A DNA stretch of 64,000 bases from Lepidodermella squamata (GCA_047495785.1 JBLDXI010000016.1:992001-1056000), one strand, 5' to 3'. Positions 39,129 to 50,533 are shown, counted from the stretch's first letter. A program made the numbers and translations. The notes: generated from the letters alone by a model not told the origin.

Positions 39129-39227
39129 TGCTTGACCAACCTTTCGAGCATTTGCAAATCAACATGCTGTTTCTAGCTTCGAGCAATCACAATCAGAACG
39201 AGCTTGAAGCCTTGAACTGATAAGAGA

Positions 39228-39300
39228 GGCGCTGTGGCGAAATGGCTATCGCGTCGGACTTCGGATCCGAAGATTGTGGGTTCGAGTCCCATCAGCGTCA
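39228..39300 (+). tRNA. tRNA-Arg(TCG)
   Basis: Identical to the 23031 copy. Confidence 0.9.
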
Positions 39301-39420
39301 TTTGCTCCTTTTGTTTTATTTTTGTTTATTTTCAGTAGCACGCTTCAAAAGCCAACGTATTTTTATTTCTAATTTTGCTGATTTCGGACATTGACCAACA
39401 ATTTGGCTCTCATATCACGG

Positions 39421-39493
39421 GCCTTCCTAGCTCAGTCGGTAGAGCATGTGACTTTTAATCACAGGGTCGGGGGTTCGAGTCCCCCGGAGGGCG
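39421..39493 (+). tRNA. tRNA-Lys(TTT)
   Basis: Identical to the 22639 copy. Confidence 0.95.
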
Positions 39494-39568
39494 CAATCAT
39501 TTTTACCCAAAGTAACTTGCTTATGGGAAGTAACTTGCTAATGCTGCTAAGATGACGAAGATCTCGAA

Positions 39569-39641
39569 GGGGGATTAGCTCAAATGGTAGAGCGCTCGCT
39601 TAGCATGCGAGAGGTAACGGGATCGACGCCCGTATCCTCCA
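39569..39641 (+). tRNA. tRNA-Ala(AGC)
   Basis: Identical to the 22497 copy. Confidence 0.95.
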
Positions 39642-39895
39642 TTCTTTTTCCGCCATACTCTGCAGTGTTATTAATTAGCTGCAAATAACGTAAAATTAAT
39701 AAATTATTTCCCCGATTACATCATTTTGCTATCAGCTGCGGCGAAACCAAAACTCAAACTAATTTCAGCAGGCAGTTGTGCAAATATTTGAAGGCACGCG
39801 TGACACGGGGTAATTAGGATACATGTTTCTTTATTTTGTAGTCAGCTATGTCCTATATCCTATATCCATTCAGCTGGACACTTTTATTCCAGAAA

Positions 39896-39977
39896 GTCGC
39901 TATGCCCGAGTGGTTAAGGGGTCTGACTAGAAATCAGATGCGGTCTCCGCGCGTAGGTTCAAATCCTACTGGCGACG
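39896..39977 (+). tRNA. tRNA-Ser(AGA)
   Basis: Extra copy preceded by a duplicate of the Leu-Ser spacer. Confidence 0.95.
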
Positions 39978-40131
39978 ACAGTTTTTGCATTGGAAAACTA
40001 AATTACCTTATTTTTACGAAATTTTTAAGACACTGCCCTGTATTTCTAAACAGCGTTCAAGTCCTGCCTTGTGTATATGGGGTCTGCCCTTTATTCTTTC
40101 GAACCTATTCAATCAGTCTGAAGAGCACCTA

Positions 40132-40306
40132 CAGTACTTTTTGGCTTGTCCGGACTTGCATAGGCCGGACTTTGCCTAATTCGGACGGATTCAGGTGGCT
40201 CGTGCCGTGGATTTTACATATAAAACGCATTGCTTTATCCGGACTTCGTATAATACGGACGAATTTCTGTGGCGCGCTCTTTGTCCGGTCTATTCAAAAA
40301 GTACTG
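40132..40306. mobile_element. pogo/Tc1-type MITE
   Basis: TIRs CAGTACTTTTTG / CAAAAAGTACTG with TA on both flanks; internal (C/T)CGGAC repeats. Confidence 0.75.
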
Positions 40307-40675
40307 TATATTAACAGTTAAAACCGCCGAATAACCACTATGGCTACTACCTTCCACCTGTGACTATACATACGTGAAGTGGATTAAGGTAGAAAAGGAC
40401 GGTTAGTGCACTGAGGAAAACTTGCAACCTATCCAGCTTCAACCACTTGCCCAGCAGGCGTTCATGCAAGACACATCATACGTTATTAATACGGCTCTGG
40501 CCATTATTATTTCAAATGACAATTGAAATATGAATCTGCCCTTTATTCCGGTTCTGCCACATATTTCGGTCCTGCCGAATTAATTCACCGAACAGTCCTC
40601 AAATTCATTGAGAGTAGCAAACCCATTACTAGGAAATAAGATTCACGCTGATCTTGCCCGAACCGGTTTTCGAAG

Positions 40676-40747
40676 GGTTCCATGGTGTAGCGGTTAGCAC
40701 TCTGGACTCTGAATCCAGCGACTCGAGTTCGATTCTCGATGGGACCT
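40676..40747 (+). tRNA. tRNA-Gln(CTG)
   Basis: Intact cloverleaf, anticodon loop CTCTGAA. Confidence 0.95.
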
Positions 40748-40820
40748 TGATATGTTTTTTTTTAACAAACTTGGGATCCTTGAAGTTACAATGCTGCGAA
40801 CCTTTTATTGTACTAGCCTA

Positions 40821-40892
40821 GGGGGCATAGCTCAGTGGTAGAGCGTCTCATTCGCATTGTGAAGGTCTCGGGTTCAATCCCCGATGCCTCCA
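40821..40892 (+). tRNA. tRNA-Ala(CGC)
   Basis: Identical to other copies. Confidence 0.9.
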
Positions 40893-41183
40893 GTTGGCCA
40901 CTTTTTTGCTTCTTGAAAAATGAAATTCGCAAGTCAGTGAAAGCTTATCAAAACGAATAGAAAGATTCAGAAATTTATCGAAAATAATGAAAAAAAACTT
41001 AACTGATTCTACTTCCGAACCTTAGAAGGCTGGTATTTTCAATTGTTGAAGTTACGGCTTCGCGGGGGAACCTTGGAGTCGGGACTTTGAAAATAGTTAG
41101 GTAATGGAAAATGGCCAATGATCGAGATGGATTTAAAATTTTATACGCAAATTCAAAAACGCCATGATCATTTATTACCAGGT

Positions 41184-42092
41184 CTATCGTTTTCTTTTAT
41201 TTAAAAAACTTGGTTTTTCAACCAGCATGAAAACACTGTTGAACTTGCCAGTATTGTGAAATGAAGGTGAGCTAATGAGCGACCCATTCAACGATTGATC
41301 AATCATGAAATTGACATATTTATCAATCTCCGAAATCGCGATATCTTCCGTCACAAAAATCCCACCAGGCCTCACGTATTTGTACGCAAACTCCAGAAAA
41401 ACCCAATTGGACTTGAAATCATGCGACCCGTTATCGATAATCAAATCAAAAGTGCCGTAGTCGGAGAATAATTTCCTAACGCTTTCCTTATCGAGCTGAT
41501 CGACGTGGTGACTTTGAATTCGAGACGCATTCACCAGGACATTTGTGTCATTGTCAGCCCCGAAAATTAACCCAGTCGGGTAGTAAGTTCTCCAGGCGAA
41601 TAACGACCCTCCAGGCCGTCGAAATTCACTCAGGTTCCACGGTGACCATTCACTATTCGCGCCGAGTCCAACTTCAAGAATTTTGATGATCCTATTCGGC
41701 CAGCTTGGCAATAGGAATTCATAGAAAATTGCGTAGTGATGCCGCCAGCATTTGTCACTTCCGAATTTATCCATCAACTGGCATAAGTGTGACGATCTTT
41801 GATAGAATGGCTTTTCGTCCATGAATTGATCAACGCGGTCGCACAGCGCCTTATTAGGGCCTTTGCAGAAGTAGGGTGACACAAAAGGTTCCGCCGCCGG
41901 TTTTGATTTTTTCTCAGTCGAGGAGGATACATTTTCCCACGATCTCTGGTTAATGAACTGCCCTAGCTGCTGATCGGATAGGTAATAAATCTTGTCTGTA
42001 TTAAGCACTCGGGGTGCGTTAAGGAATATGACTATTAAGCAAAAAATTAAAATTCCAAGTGCGATTTCAACGCAGTTCGGCGGTGCAACCAT
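41184..42092 (-). CDS. Intronless type II membrane class I SAM-dependent methyltransferase (MycE/ElmM sugar O-methyltransferase-like)
   Basis: N-terminal TM helix; GSDK...HHY..FY, ILEVGLG, GGSLFAWRTYYP, IFGAD, DQ, FDLIIDNGSH, PGGIFVTED motifs. Confidence 0.8.
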   Translation of the reverse strand: MVAPPNCVEIALGILIFCLIVIFLNAPRVLNTDKIYYLSDQQLGQFINQRSWENVSSSTEKKSKPAAEPFVSPYFCKGPNKALCDRVDQFMDEKPFYQRSSHLCQLMDKFGSDKCWRHHYAIFYEFLLPSWPNRIIKILEVGLGANSEWSPWNLSEFRRPGGSLFAWRTYYPTGLIFGADNDTNVLVNASRIQSHHVDQLDKESVRKLFSDYGTFDLIIDNGSHDFKSNWVFLEFAYKYVRPGGIFVTEDIAISEIDKYVNFMIDQSLNGSLISSPSFHNTGKFNSVFMLVEKPSFLNKRKR

Positions 42093-42521
42093 TCGCCAAA
42101 AAATAAGCTTTTTCTACTCGACTGTTTTGCAGGTATAATAGATGTTTAGTAAAGTCTTCACCGAGCACCGAGAATAGTTTGAGCAGCTGCTGGACGCAGC
42201 TCATCTTTTTGTCGATTTTTATACTTTCATACTACACATCGCTTTGTTAATATCAATCGAGTTTAATTCGGGTATGATTATAATGCCACCTCGAGTCTAA
42301 GATTGAAATTTATATCACGACAACTTTTCCCACAATTAATTTCAATTTTTTAAGAAATATTCTTTAAAAAATTACAAGGCATAACAATTTCAAATACTCA
42401 AGATTTTGCCATTCCTGATAATATGGTCGCTTGTGACGCCAAAATCAAACCGGCTGATGAGCTGATAAGCAAGCGAAATTATTATCGTTGGCTTCTAGAT
42501 TTTCATTGTCATTTTTTATGA

Positions 42522-42593
42522 GGCCCGTTGGTCTAGGGGTATGATTCTCGCTTTGGGTGCGAGAGGTCTCGGGTTCAAATCCCGGACGGGCCC
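42522..42593 (+). tRNA. tRNA-Pro(TGG)
   Basis: Cloverleaf, anticodon loop TTTGGGT. Confidence 0.9.
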
Positions 42594-42662
42594 AGCCTTT
42601 TTGCGCTAATGGCTGAAGCGGCCGCAGAACAAAAATTGGATCAAATAACATCTTTCACAGCG

Positions 42663-42733
42663 GCATCGGTGGTTCAGTGGTAGAAGTCTCGCCTGCCACG
42701 CGGGAGGCCCGGGTTCGATTCCCGGCCGATGCA
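42663..42733 (+). tRNA. tRNA-Gly(GCC)
   Basis: GCATCGGTGGTTCAG..., anticodon loop CTGCCAC. Confidence 0.95.
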
Positions 42734-42811
42734 AGCGACTCAGTTTTTGTTTGGTTCAATTTCAGCCGCACCAGAAGGCTGAAAATTCAAAAGAGCAAAA
42801 ACACCGGTTGC

Positions 42812-42884
42812 CGCCCGATGTGGGGCTCGAACCCACGACCCTGGGATTAAGAGTCCCATGCTCTACCGACTGAGCTAACCGGGC
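42812..42884 (-). tRNA. tRNA-Lys(CTT)
   Basis: GCCCGGTTAGCTCAG..., anticodon loop CTCTTAA. Confidence 0.95.
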
Positions 42885-43130
42885 TTTGGCGATGTAGCCA
42901 CCAATTAGGGCTGTCTCGATGGCCTAACTCAGACTTGTGACACGTATACTACACCACCTGTTGATCGCCTGACTCTTTGCATTAGCGTCCCAAAAATGAT
43001 AAAATGCTAGGAAATTGTTATTTCACAAGCTGGTGACACCTGTGTTTGCTGAGGCGCCAGAATGTTACTAAAAATAGAGATCGTTAGAGTGGATAAAATT
43101 TATCGTTACTGAAATTTTGAGCTCAATGCA

Positions 43131-43236
43131 GATAAATAAGTAATTTAGAAGGGGTCATAAAACCGATAAGTAATTTAGATGATGGTGCCGTAAGCCTGAT
43201 AAGTAATTTAGATGGGGTCGTAAAAACCTGATAAGT
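43131..43236. repeat. About 30-bp degenerate minisatellite (ATAAGTAATTTAGA core)
   Basis: Three to four tandem units. Confidence 0.6.
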
Positions 43237-43281
43237 TGTAAATTTATTACTTTGAAATTTATGAAAAAATTTAGCGGGAAA

Positions 43282-44354
43282 TAAGGGAATACTCTATGGC
43301 AAACCATGGAGAAATATAATTTCCCCCCGATCTGGAACCCCGAGTGAGTTTGGCGCAGCCAAACGAATCGAGGGGTTCCAGAGAGGGGGGAAATTATATT
43401 TCTCCATGGTTTGCCATAGAGTAATCCTATTCCCACATGCGCACGACACCTGTAGGCTCACTAAAGGGGTGTAATAGGTACACAGGGGTGAATTCACAGT
43501 AACCATTTTGAGAAAATAAAACATCCAACTTAAAATTTCACGAAAATGATTCTTCGTTTGTAAAAGAAAATCATTTTTCATTCCGGCGAATTTTTTCTTG
43601 TTTGCAACTTGATTTTTGGTCAACCTTCATTCGTCGTCGAAATCGTCATGCTCTCCGGCTGGCCGAAGCATCAGTATTCAAGATTCATGGAATTCAGAGC
43701 GCCGATATCAAGTCCCGATCATCAAGCCGAGATCATCAGTTGCCTTGGTTCGATGGATTCTGGAAGCGAACAAATCGTTGCCTCGAAGAATCCTCTCAAA
43801 TCGATCGCCAGCCAGGTTGCGCACAGAATTCAATGAATCTACATCGCGCCGTTTGGGAGACTGGCAACGATAAAAGCCATCCGCTCGCTGCATGGTATCC
43901 GATGGTATTCAGGTCGCAGCGGAAATTAATCGTGGATATGGGTCAATTTCGCCAGTCGAAGACTCGCCGAGAAACCAGTCATTGTCGCGTCTAACGTTGC
44001 TATGGCTAGTCGCTGAATTTCTGCGTTGTCGCTCAAAACCGCGAATCAGGAGGGAAACCGGATCTGCATCGCGACGGCTGCCAGCAAGAGATTTCGACGA
44101 CCTCTTTTTCACCTCATTTTGTCAAATTTTTGCTTTTGCACGTGAAATTGCTTTTAAATAAAATTGGGGTTTTCGTTGTTCTAGTGACTTTCCTAAGATT
44201 CTCGAGAAAATGCGTTTTCTGGGGGTTTTGAGGCAAATTTCGAGCAAAATGCTGCCCAAATTTGTGGCAGTTTCAAGCCATAGAGAAATATTTCTAACCA
44301 TAGAGAAACATATGTTTCTCCATGGCAAAATTTCACCATGCGTATGTGGGAATA
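43282..44354. mobile_element. Non-autonomous ~1.07-kb element with terminal hairpin, copy 1 (flip form)
   Basis: Highly similar to 48215-49296 with unrelated flanks. About 146-bp palindrome, then 18-bp inverted repeats TATTCCCACATGCGCACG / CATGCGTATGTGGGAATA. Confidence 0.8.
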
Positions 44355-44871
44355 GGCTGAAAACAAGAAAATGATGTTGCACCAACATGGGCCGCAAGGC
44401 CCAATGAATTCGGCGAGGTGTAACCGAGCCATTTCCCGAGGCGCAGCCGAGGTTAATAATTTTTTAGTATTCATCTGGAATTTTGAGTCACCCTCGAAAT
44501 CTTGGTGAATTTTCGCTGTGAATTTTCAAATTGACGATTACTTTTTATTTTGTTGGAGCTCTCTAAACGCAGCTTCTTGCCTATTTGTCTTATTCCGGGA
44601 AAGCTTGGCCAGTACCTTTTGCTTAGTGTTTAGTCCTGGAAATTGAATTTGCATCGACCAACAAATTTTGCAAAATAAAATGAAGAAACAAAGAGGCTTC
44701 GAAATTCGCGAGCAGCATCAGGTGTTGTTTTTTAACCTGATGTTACACTACAAACAGAATTTTGGCGACAATTGTTGGTAAATATTGCAACTTCACCTGA
44801 TACTCAGAAAACATTTTTAAATCGTCAAGCTATCAACATCTGGTGTTGTATACGAATTGTTATGCATCCTC

Positions 44872-44984
44872 GCTCTCTGCAATAGCCGCTCGTGCCCCGA
44901 CTCGGCTACGCCTCGTCGGAATTTAATTGACTCGGCTGACGCCTCGTCAGATAAAATTCAGCACGAGCGGCTATCGCCGAGAGC
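44872..44984. repeat. T/Y-shaped palindrome
   Basis: 24-bp arms (22/24 complementary) enclosing two small GACTCGGCT(G)ACGCCTCGTC hairpins. Confidence 0.75.
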
Positions 44985-45021
44985 TTGTATGATAACATAC
45001 TCGAATCTAACAGCGAGTATG

Positions 45022-45113
45022 AAATAGAAGTGGGATTATCGAAGCCGCGCCAGTAGAAACGGCTGCGACCTAGCAGCTGAACGAAGCGCCTCAGACCGCT
45101 CGGCCATCCTGAC
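45022..45113 (-). pseudogene. Degenerate tRNA-Leu(CAG)-derived pseudogene
   Basis: GTCAGGATGGCCGAGCGGTC 5' half intact; insertion after the anticodon; decayed T arm and acceptor. Confidence 0.6.
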
Positions 45114-45295
45114 GGGATCTGAATAAAAATTCAGATTTATATTCAGCAGACGGCATTTTTCGGCGAGATATCGATTGAGCGCTTTTCGGCGCGTTCGTTT
45201 AAAGCGCAATTTCGATGGAACACCCAGTTTTATTTGAGCCAATGACACTTCCGAACGTTATCATTTTCGATTTCAGTAGACCATAATTTCAGACA

Positions 45296-45367
45296 AGCAG
45301 AGTGGCGCAGTGGAAGCGCGCTGGGCCCATAACCCAGAGGTCTGTAGATCGAAACTACGCTCTGCTA
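45296..45367 (+). tRNA. tRNA-iMet(CAT)
   Basis: Identical to other copies. Confidence 0.95.
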
Positions 45368-45483
45368 AATGTCGCAATATTTTTAATCAGAATTTCGATT
45401 TAAATAGGAATACCCAAATGGCTTCAGCATCCGCTTATGGTCCAACTGCTGTGCGGGGCCGATCGCGTGGACCTTTGGCCACT

Positions 45484-45642
45484 AAACTTACCTGGCACTG
45501 GGATGAACCGAGCTCAGCAAGTCGGTCGCCCCAGGGCGAGGCGGGCCATTGCACTGCGGTCCGCTGACCCCTGCGCTCTGCCTCATCGGTGGAGTCGGGT
45601 GCAAAATATTTCACTTGGGTATCGGCGTTCGCGCCACACCCG
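45484..45642 (+). ncRNA. U1: U1 snRNA (variant Sm site)
   Basis: Same structure as the other copies. Confidence 0.95.
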
Positions 45643-46229
45643 TAAAATTTTAAGAAAAATATATGTCTCACTTTTACTTGGTTCTTATCAAAACTTCGAA
45701 AGTAATATACCGGATTTGTTCCAATTTTAGCCCAGGGTTGAGGGGCCAAGTCGGTTCGAAAGTATGAAAAATGAACGAGTAATTAACGATTAATTAACGA
45801 TTAATTAATTAAGGAATCGTTCACTTTTTATACTTTCGAACCGAATTGACGTTAATTAGTTAGTTAATTAATTTTCGAGTTTACCAAAATTTGAAGGTTG
45901 AAATTTTTGTAGCCCGGGCTGCTATAGGAACAACTATGAGAATATTAACAGGCTAATTGCACTGATTCATTCCTATCATTTTTTCACTCGGAACTACCGT
46001 GTACCAGAAATGCTACTCACTTACGATGCCTTTGGAAATACGTAAGATTATGTAATACCCTAATACGTTTGTATTTTATCTTCATCTCCATGCTAGTCTA
46101 ATCTGGCTCAGTGGGGAATGAGTCACATAGTTTGGCACCTACTATATCAACCTGCATGTTTGTGGAAAAGTTCAAGCATCACGTTTTATTAGTTTCAGTC
46201 GACAAGGCGAAAGCATTTTTCAAGCACGA

Positions 46230-48210
46230 ATGCTACAACCACTAAGGAACGTCTTTTATTCTACTCTCATTATCAGTGCGATTTTTCCTCCAACGACTGA
46301 AGCAATCGAACTGCCTCTAGCATGTGTGACTAACACTACGCTCGACCAGTGGATGACCAACTTACCTGCCAGGCTACGCGATCTGCCTCTGACAAAACTG
46401 GCTATTCCTGGATCCTATGCAGCGTTTTCAAGTACCCTAAACCCCAGCCTCGGCCGAGATTATACCATCGACCGCGATTTGATGCCATTTCAGCTGTCTC
46501 GACGCATCAATGACGACTTGATGAACTGCAGGCTGGAGCAATGGGGCATATCTCAGGAACAAACCATTTTCGACCAGCTGTACCTTGGCATCCGGTATTT
46601 CGACCTTCCAATCGCAGCTCGCAACCCGGACTATTACATGGTTAATGACAACAAGATTTACTTTACCAGCTATATTCATCAGTCTATGCCGGAGATGTTT
46701 GGCGACATGAGAGATTTCTTGAATATGAACCCTGGCGAGGTTGTTATACTGAACTTCAATAATTTCGACAGCATGACTCAGCAGCAGCATGTCGCGTTTC
46801 TGAAGAAGCTCTACATCAACTTTGGATACGATATGTTCGCGAAGCCTAGCGATTACCCTGATGGACCGAGTTCCATGAGTTTGAGCAACATGACAGCTGC
46901 GGGCCATCAAATAATCATTTTTTACGACAAGGCAACTGGGCCGGCTAGTTCTATAGCTTGGCGGGGTGATGCAATTAGTGGAAGCGAGGCTTCCTACACG
47001 GAACAAACAGGGCTTGAAGTCAATTGGGCTGAGGTAATTAATTGATTAATTAATCCATATTTTTTAAATTTTTACTCCCATCGAAATAAAAAAATCTGAA
47101 AATTAAACCAGAGGTGGGATGGAAATATCTGATCTTTCTTGAAATTTTAGAAATGCTTCTATTTTAATGGAATCTAGCATTTGGGAATAAGGTATCATTC
47201 AAGAATCGCACGAATCGTTCGGACGCTCATTTGAATATATTTTAATGACCTCATGACTCTCAAAACGTAAAGAAGGAATGAGCGGCTTTAACTCTGGGTC
47301 TTACTTTTAGCGGAATCAAATTTTGGAATTTTCATTTGGCATAAAACCAATTTTAGAAACATTCTAAGATGTCATGATTGATCGGCATAATTGTAAATAA
47401 ATCATCTCAAAATTCAACGTGAAATTCTGTGTTGGACACATTTTTTCCTATTGAATTTACTCTCTGCCATAATTTCGTGGAAATATTCAAGAAGCGACCT
47501 TTGGCTTATCTAGAACTATAGGTTCGCAACATGCAACCAATTCCGCAACGGGCAAAAAATATTCTGCTTTTAATTAAAAAAATGCAATTACTTGTTGTCG
47601 CGAATTCGAAAAGATTTTAAATCTGAATCTCAGGTTAAAATTGGCTCGTAGTAGCGGGTCCTCAATAAGCATCCCGAATTGCATCCCAAATTTTAACCGA
47701 AACGCCATTTATAGGTTATTTCCGAAAATTTATCAGCCTCCAATTTTACAAATTGTTGTCTTTTTACTGAACTTACAGGCCGTTCGGTCGCGACCGGCTG
47801 ATGACACCAATTTGTTCGTCTTGCCTGGTGTAATGGTACCTTCAATTGGGCTGTTTGAGGATAAATTATTGATGCAACCTGGCAGCTATTTGGGGCAAAT
47901 GGGCGCGTGCACGACCAGCAAGTTTGTAAAATGGATCAAAGCGAATCGTCTAGCGGCAAGTAGTGGAAAAATCAACATATTTATGGCGGCGTTTGTTCAC
48001 TACTACAATTTTTTCGGCGAGATCATCGCGTTGAACTACGCGGACGAGGCGAAACCTGTCGCAGCCGCGGATCTAACGGCGAGTTATTGCATTCGGCAAC
48101 CGACGTTTTATGCGTGCAGTAATGAACTCGGTGATGGTGATATGTGCTCGAAATATGATACTGGGGAGTACTATACAAATTTTCCAAGATCAAGTCTCAT
48201 AAATGTTTAG
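46230..48210 (+). CDS. Secreted PLCXD-like protein, paralog 4 (2 exons)
   Basis: Exons 46230-47033 and 47779-48210; signal peptide; AIPGSYA and GIRYFDLP motifs. Confidence 0.85.
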
Positions 48211-48214
48211 ACAT

Positions 48215-49296
48215 TAAGGGAATACTCTATGGCAAACCATGGAGAAATATAATTTCCCCCCTCTCTGGAACCCCTCGATTCGTTTGGCTGCGCCAAACTC
48301 ACTCGGGGTTCCAGATCGGGGGGAAATTATATTTCTCCATGGTTTGCCATAGAGTAATCCTATTCCCACATGCGCACGACACCTGTAGGCTCACTAAAGG
48401 GGTGTAATAGGTACACAGGGGTGAATTCACAGTAACCATTTTGAGAAAATAAAACATCCAACTTAAAATTTCACGAAAATGATTCTTCGTTTGTAAAAGA
48501 AAATCATTTTTCATTCCGGCGAATTTTTTCTTGTTTGCAACTTGATTTTTGGTCAACCTTCATTCGTCGTCGAAATCGTCATGCTCTCCGGCTGGCCGAA
48601 GCATCAGTAGTCAAGATTCATGGAATTCAGAGCGCCGATATCAAGCCCCGATCATCAAGCCGAGATCATCAGTTGCCTTGGTTCGATGGATTCTGGAAAC
48701 GAACAAATCGTTGCCTCGAAGAATCCTCTCAAATCGATCGCCAGCCAGCCGGTTGCGCACAGAAATCAATGAATCTGCATCGCGTCGTTTGGGAGACTGG
48801 CAACGATAAAAGCCATCCGCTCGCTACATGGTATCCGATGGTATTCAGGTCGCGGCGGAAATAAATCGTGGATATGGGTCAATTTTGCCGGTCGAAGACT
48901 CGCCGAGAAAGCAGTCATTGTCGCCTCTAACGTTGCTATGGCTAGTCGCTGACGTTCTTTCGCTGCTCAAAACCGCGATTCCGGAGGGAAAACCGGATCT
49001 GCATCGCCTCAGCTGCCAGCAAGAAATTTCGACGACCTCGCTTTCCGCCTCATTTGGTCAAATTTTTATTTTTGGACGTGAAATTGCTTTTAAATAAAAT
49101 TGGGGTTTTCACTGTTCTAGTGACTTTCAAGTGACTTTTCTGGGGGTTTTGAGGCAAATTCTGAGCGAAATGCTGCCCAAATTTGTGGCAGTTTCAACCC
49201 AAAGAGAAATTATTGGTTGCCATAGAGAAACATTTCTAGCCATAGAGAAACATATGTTTCTCCATGGCAAAATTTAACCATGCGTATGTGGGAATA
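48215..49296. mobile_element. Non-autonomous ~1.08-kb element with terminal hairpin, copy 2 (flop form)
   Basis: Inserted 4 bp after the PLCXD stop codon. The 3'UTR (CATTGAA..GTTCATTCAATTTCA, also seen uninterrupted in the 55660 paralog) resumes after the element. Confidence 0.8.
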
Positions 49297-49898
49297 CATT
49301 GAATTGTTCATTCAATTTCAAACGCGAAAAACATTATGATAATTTGCTTATAATAGGAAAAGCCCAAGAGCTTTAAAATAAAGTATCAAATAAGTTATAC
49401 GACGATGTCTATATCAATAGTTCACAAACTTTCGACTTTAAGTGATCGAGAGAGTAGCTTGTGAGGTCGAAACTTGGAAAATGCCCGGCCGCTGATTTCA
49501 CAATTGTGCGCAAATCAAATGTCCCTGACCGGCCCGAAATAAGCTGAAATATGTGCTGGAACTGACTTGAGCAGCTGAAATACGCTGAAAGAAGGCATAC
49601 TGAACTATGGTGGAGCTGATTTCTAGGCTGCGCAAATTCCAGGCGATTTCTGTCCGAGTGATGTTTCTTTTCAATCCATTGCGCGGAAGTTCGGTGCACG
49701 TGGCGACATCGACATATTACCGTGTTTCTCGAAAATGGTCCGAATGATGAGTTTAAAACCATCCATATGAAAATAATACATTGACCATTACAAGGGCGTC
49801 TTCGGCAGCGATAGCTCATGATAACTCGGAATTTTCGATTTAAATATCAAGATCAAGGTGGTTATCATTGATCGTGTTTTCCGTATCCGTTATATCAA

Positions 49899-49980
49899 GG
49901 TAGCGTGGCCGAGTGGTCTAAGGCGCTAGATTTAGGCTCTAGTCTCTTCGGAGGCGTGGGTTCGAACCCCACCGCTGCCA
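49899..49980 (+). tRNA. tRNA-Leu(TAG)
   Basis: Identical to other copies. Confidence 0.95.
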
Positions 49981-50141
49981 TCATTTTGCTATCAGCTACG
50001 GCGAAACCAAAACTCAAACTAATTTCAGCAGGCAGTGGACAAATATTTGAAGTCATTCGTGACTCGGGGTAATTAGTAATGAGGTTTCTTTATGTTATAG
50101 CCAAGTATATTGAGCCAGCTGGTCAACTGGTATTTCAGCAA

Positions 50142-50223
50142 GTCGCTATGCCCGAGTGGTTAAGGGGTCTGACTAGAAATCAGATGCGGTCTCCGCGCGT
50201 AGGTTCAAATCCTACTGGCGACG
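50142..50223 (+). tRNA. tRNA-Ser(AGA)
   Basis: Identical to other copies. Confidence 0.95.
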
Positions 50224-50297
50224 ACAGTTTTTGCAGATTGACTGGAAATTTGAAATCAGCAGCACCTCGCTTCCAGAACAGTCCCCACATTCATGAG

Positions 50298-50369
50298 GCG
50301 TCAGTGGTGTAACGGTCAGCATGGTTGCCTTCCAAGCAGCCGATCCGGGTTCGACTCCCGGCTGACGCA
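50298..50369 (+). tRNA. tRNA-Gly(TCC)
   Basis: Intact cloverleaf. Confidence 0.95.
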
Positions 50370-50461
50370 CACGTTTTTACAGCACACGCTTGAGAGTAGC
50401 GAACACATTGCTTGGAGAGGTTAAAGGTTAAAGCTGATCTTGCCCTTAACAGTGTTCGAAA

Positions 50462-50533
50462 GGTCCCATGGTGTAGCGGTTAGCACTCTGGACTCTGAAT
50501 CCAGCGACTCGAGTTCGATTCTCGATGGGACCT
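50462..50533 (+). tRNA. tRNA-Gln(CTG)
   Basis: Intact cloverleaf. Confidence 0.95.

Noticed and set aside
43294-44474. ORFs inside the two-copy element as a possible transposase
   Set aside because: Short, differ in stops between copies, and show no DDE, HUH or recombinase motifs.
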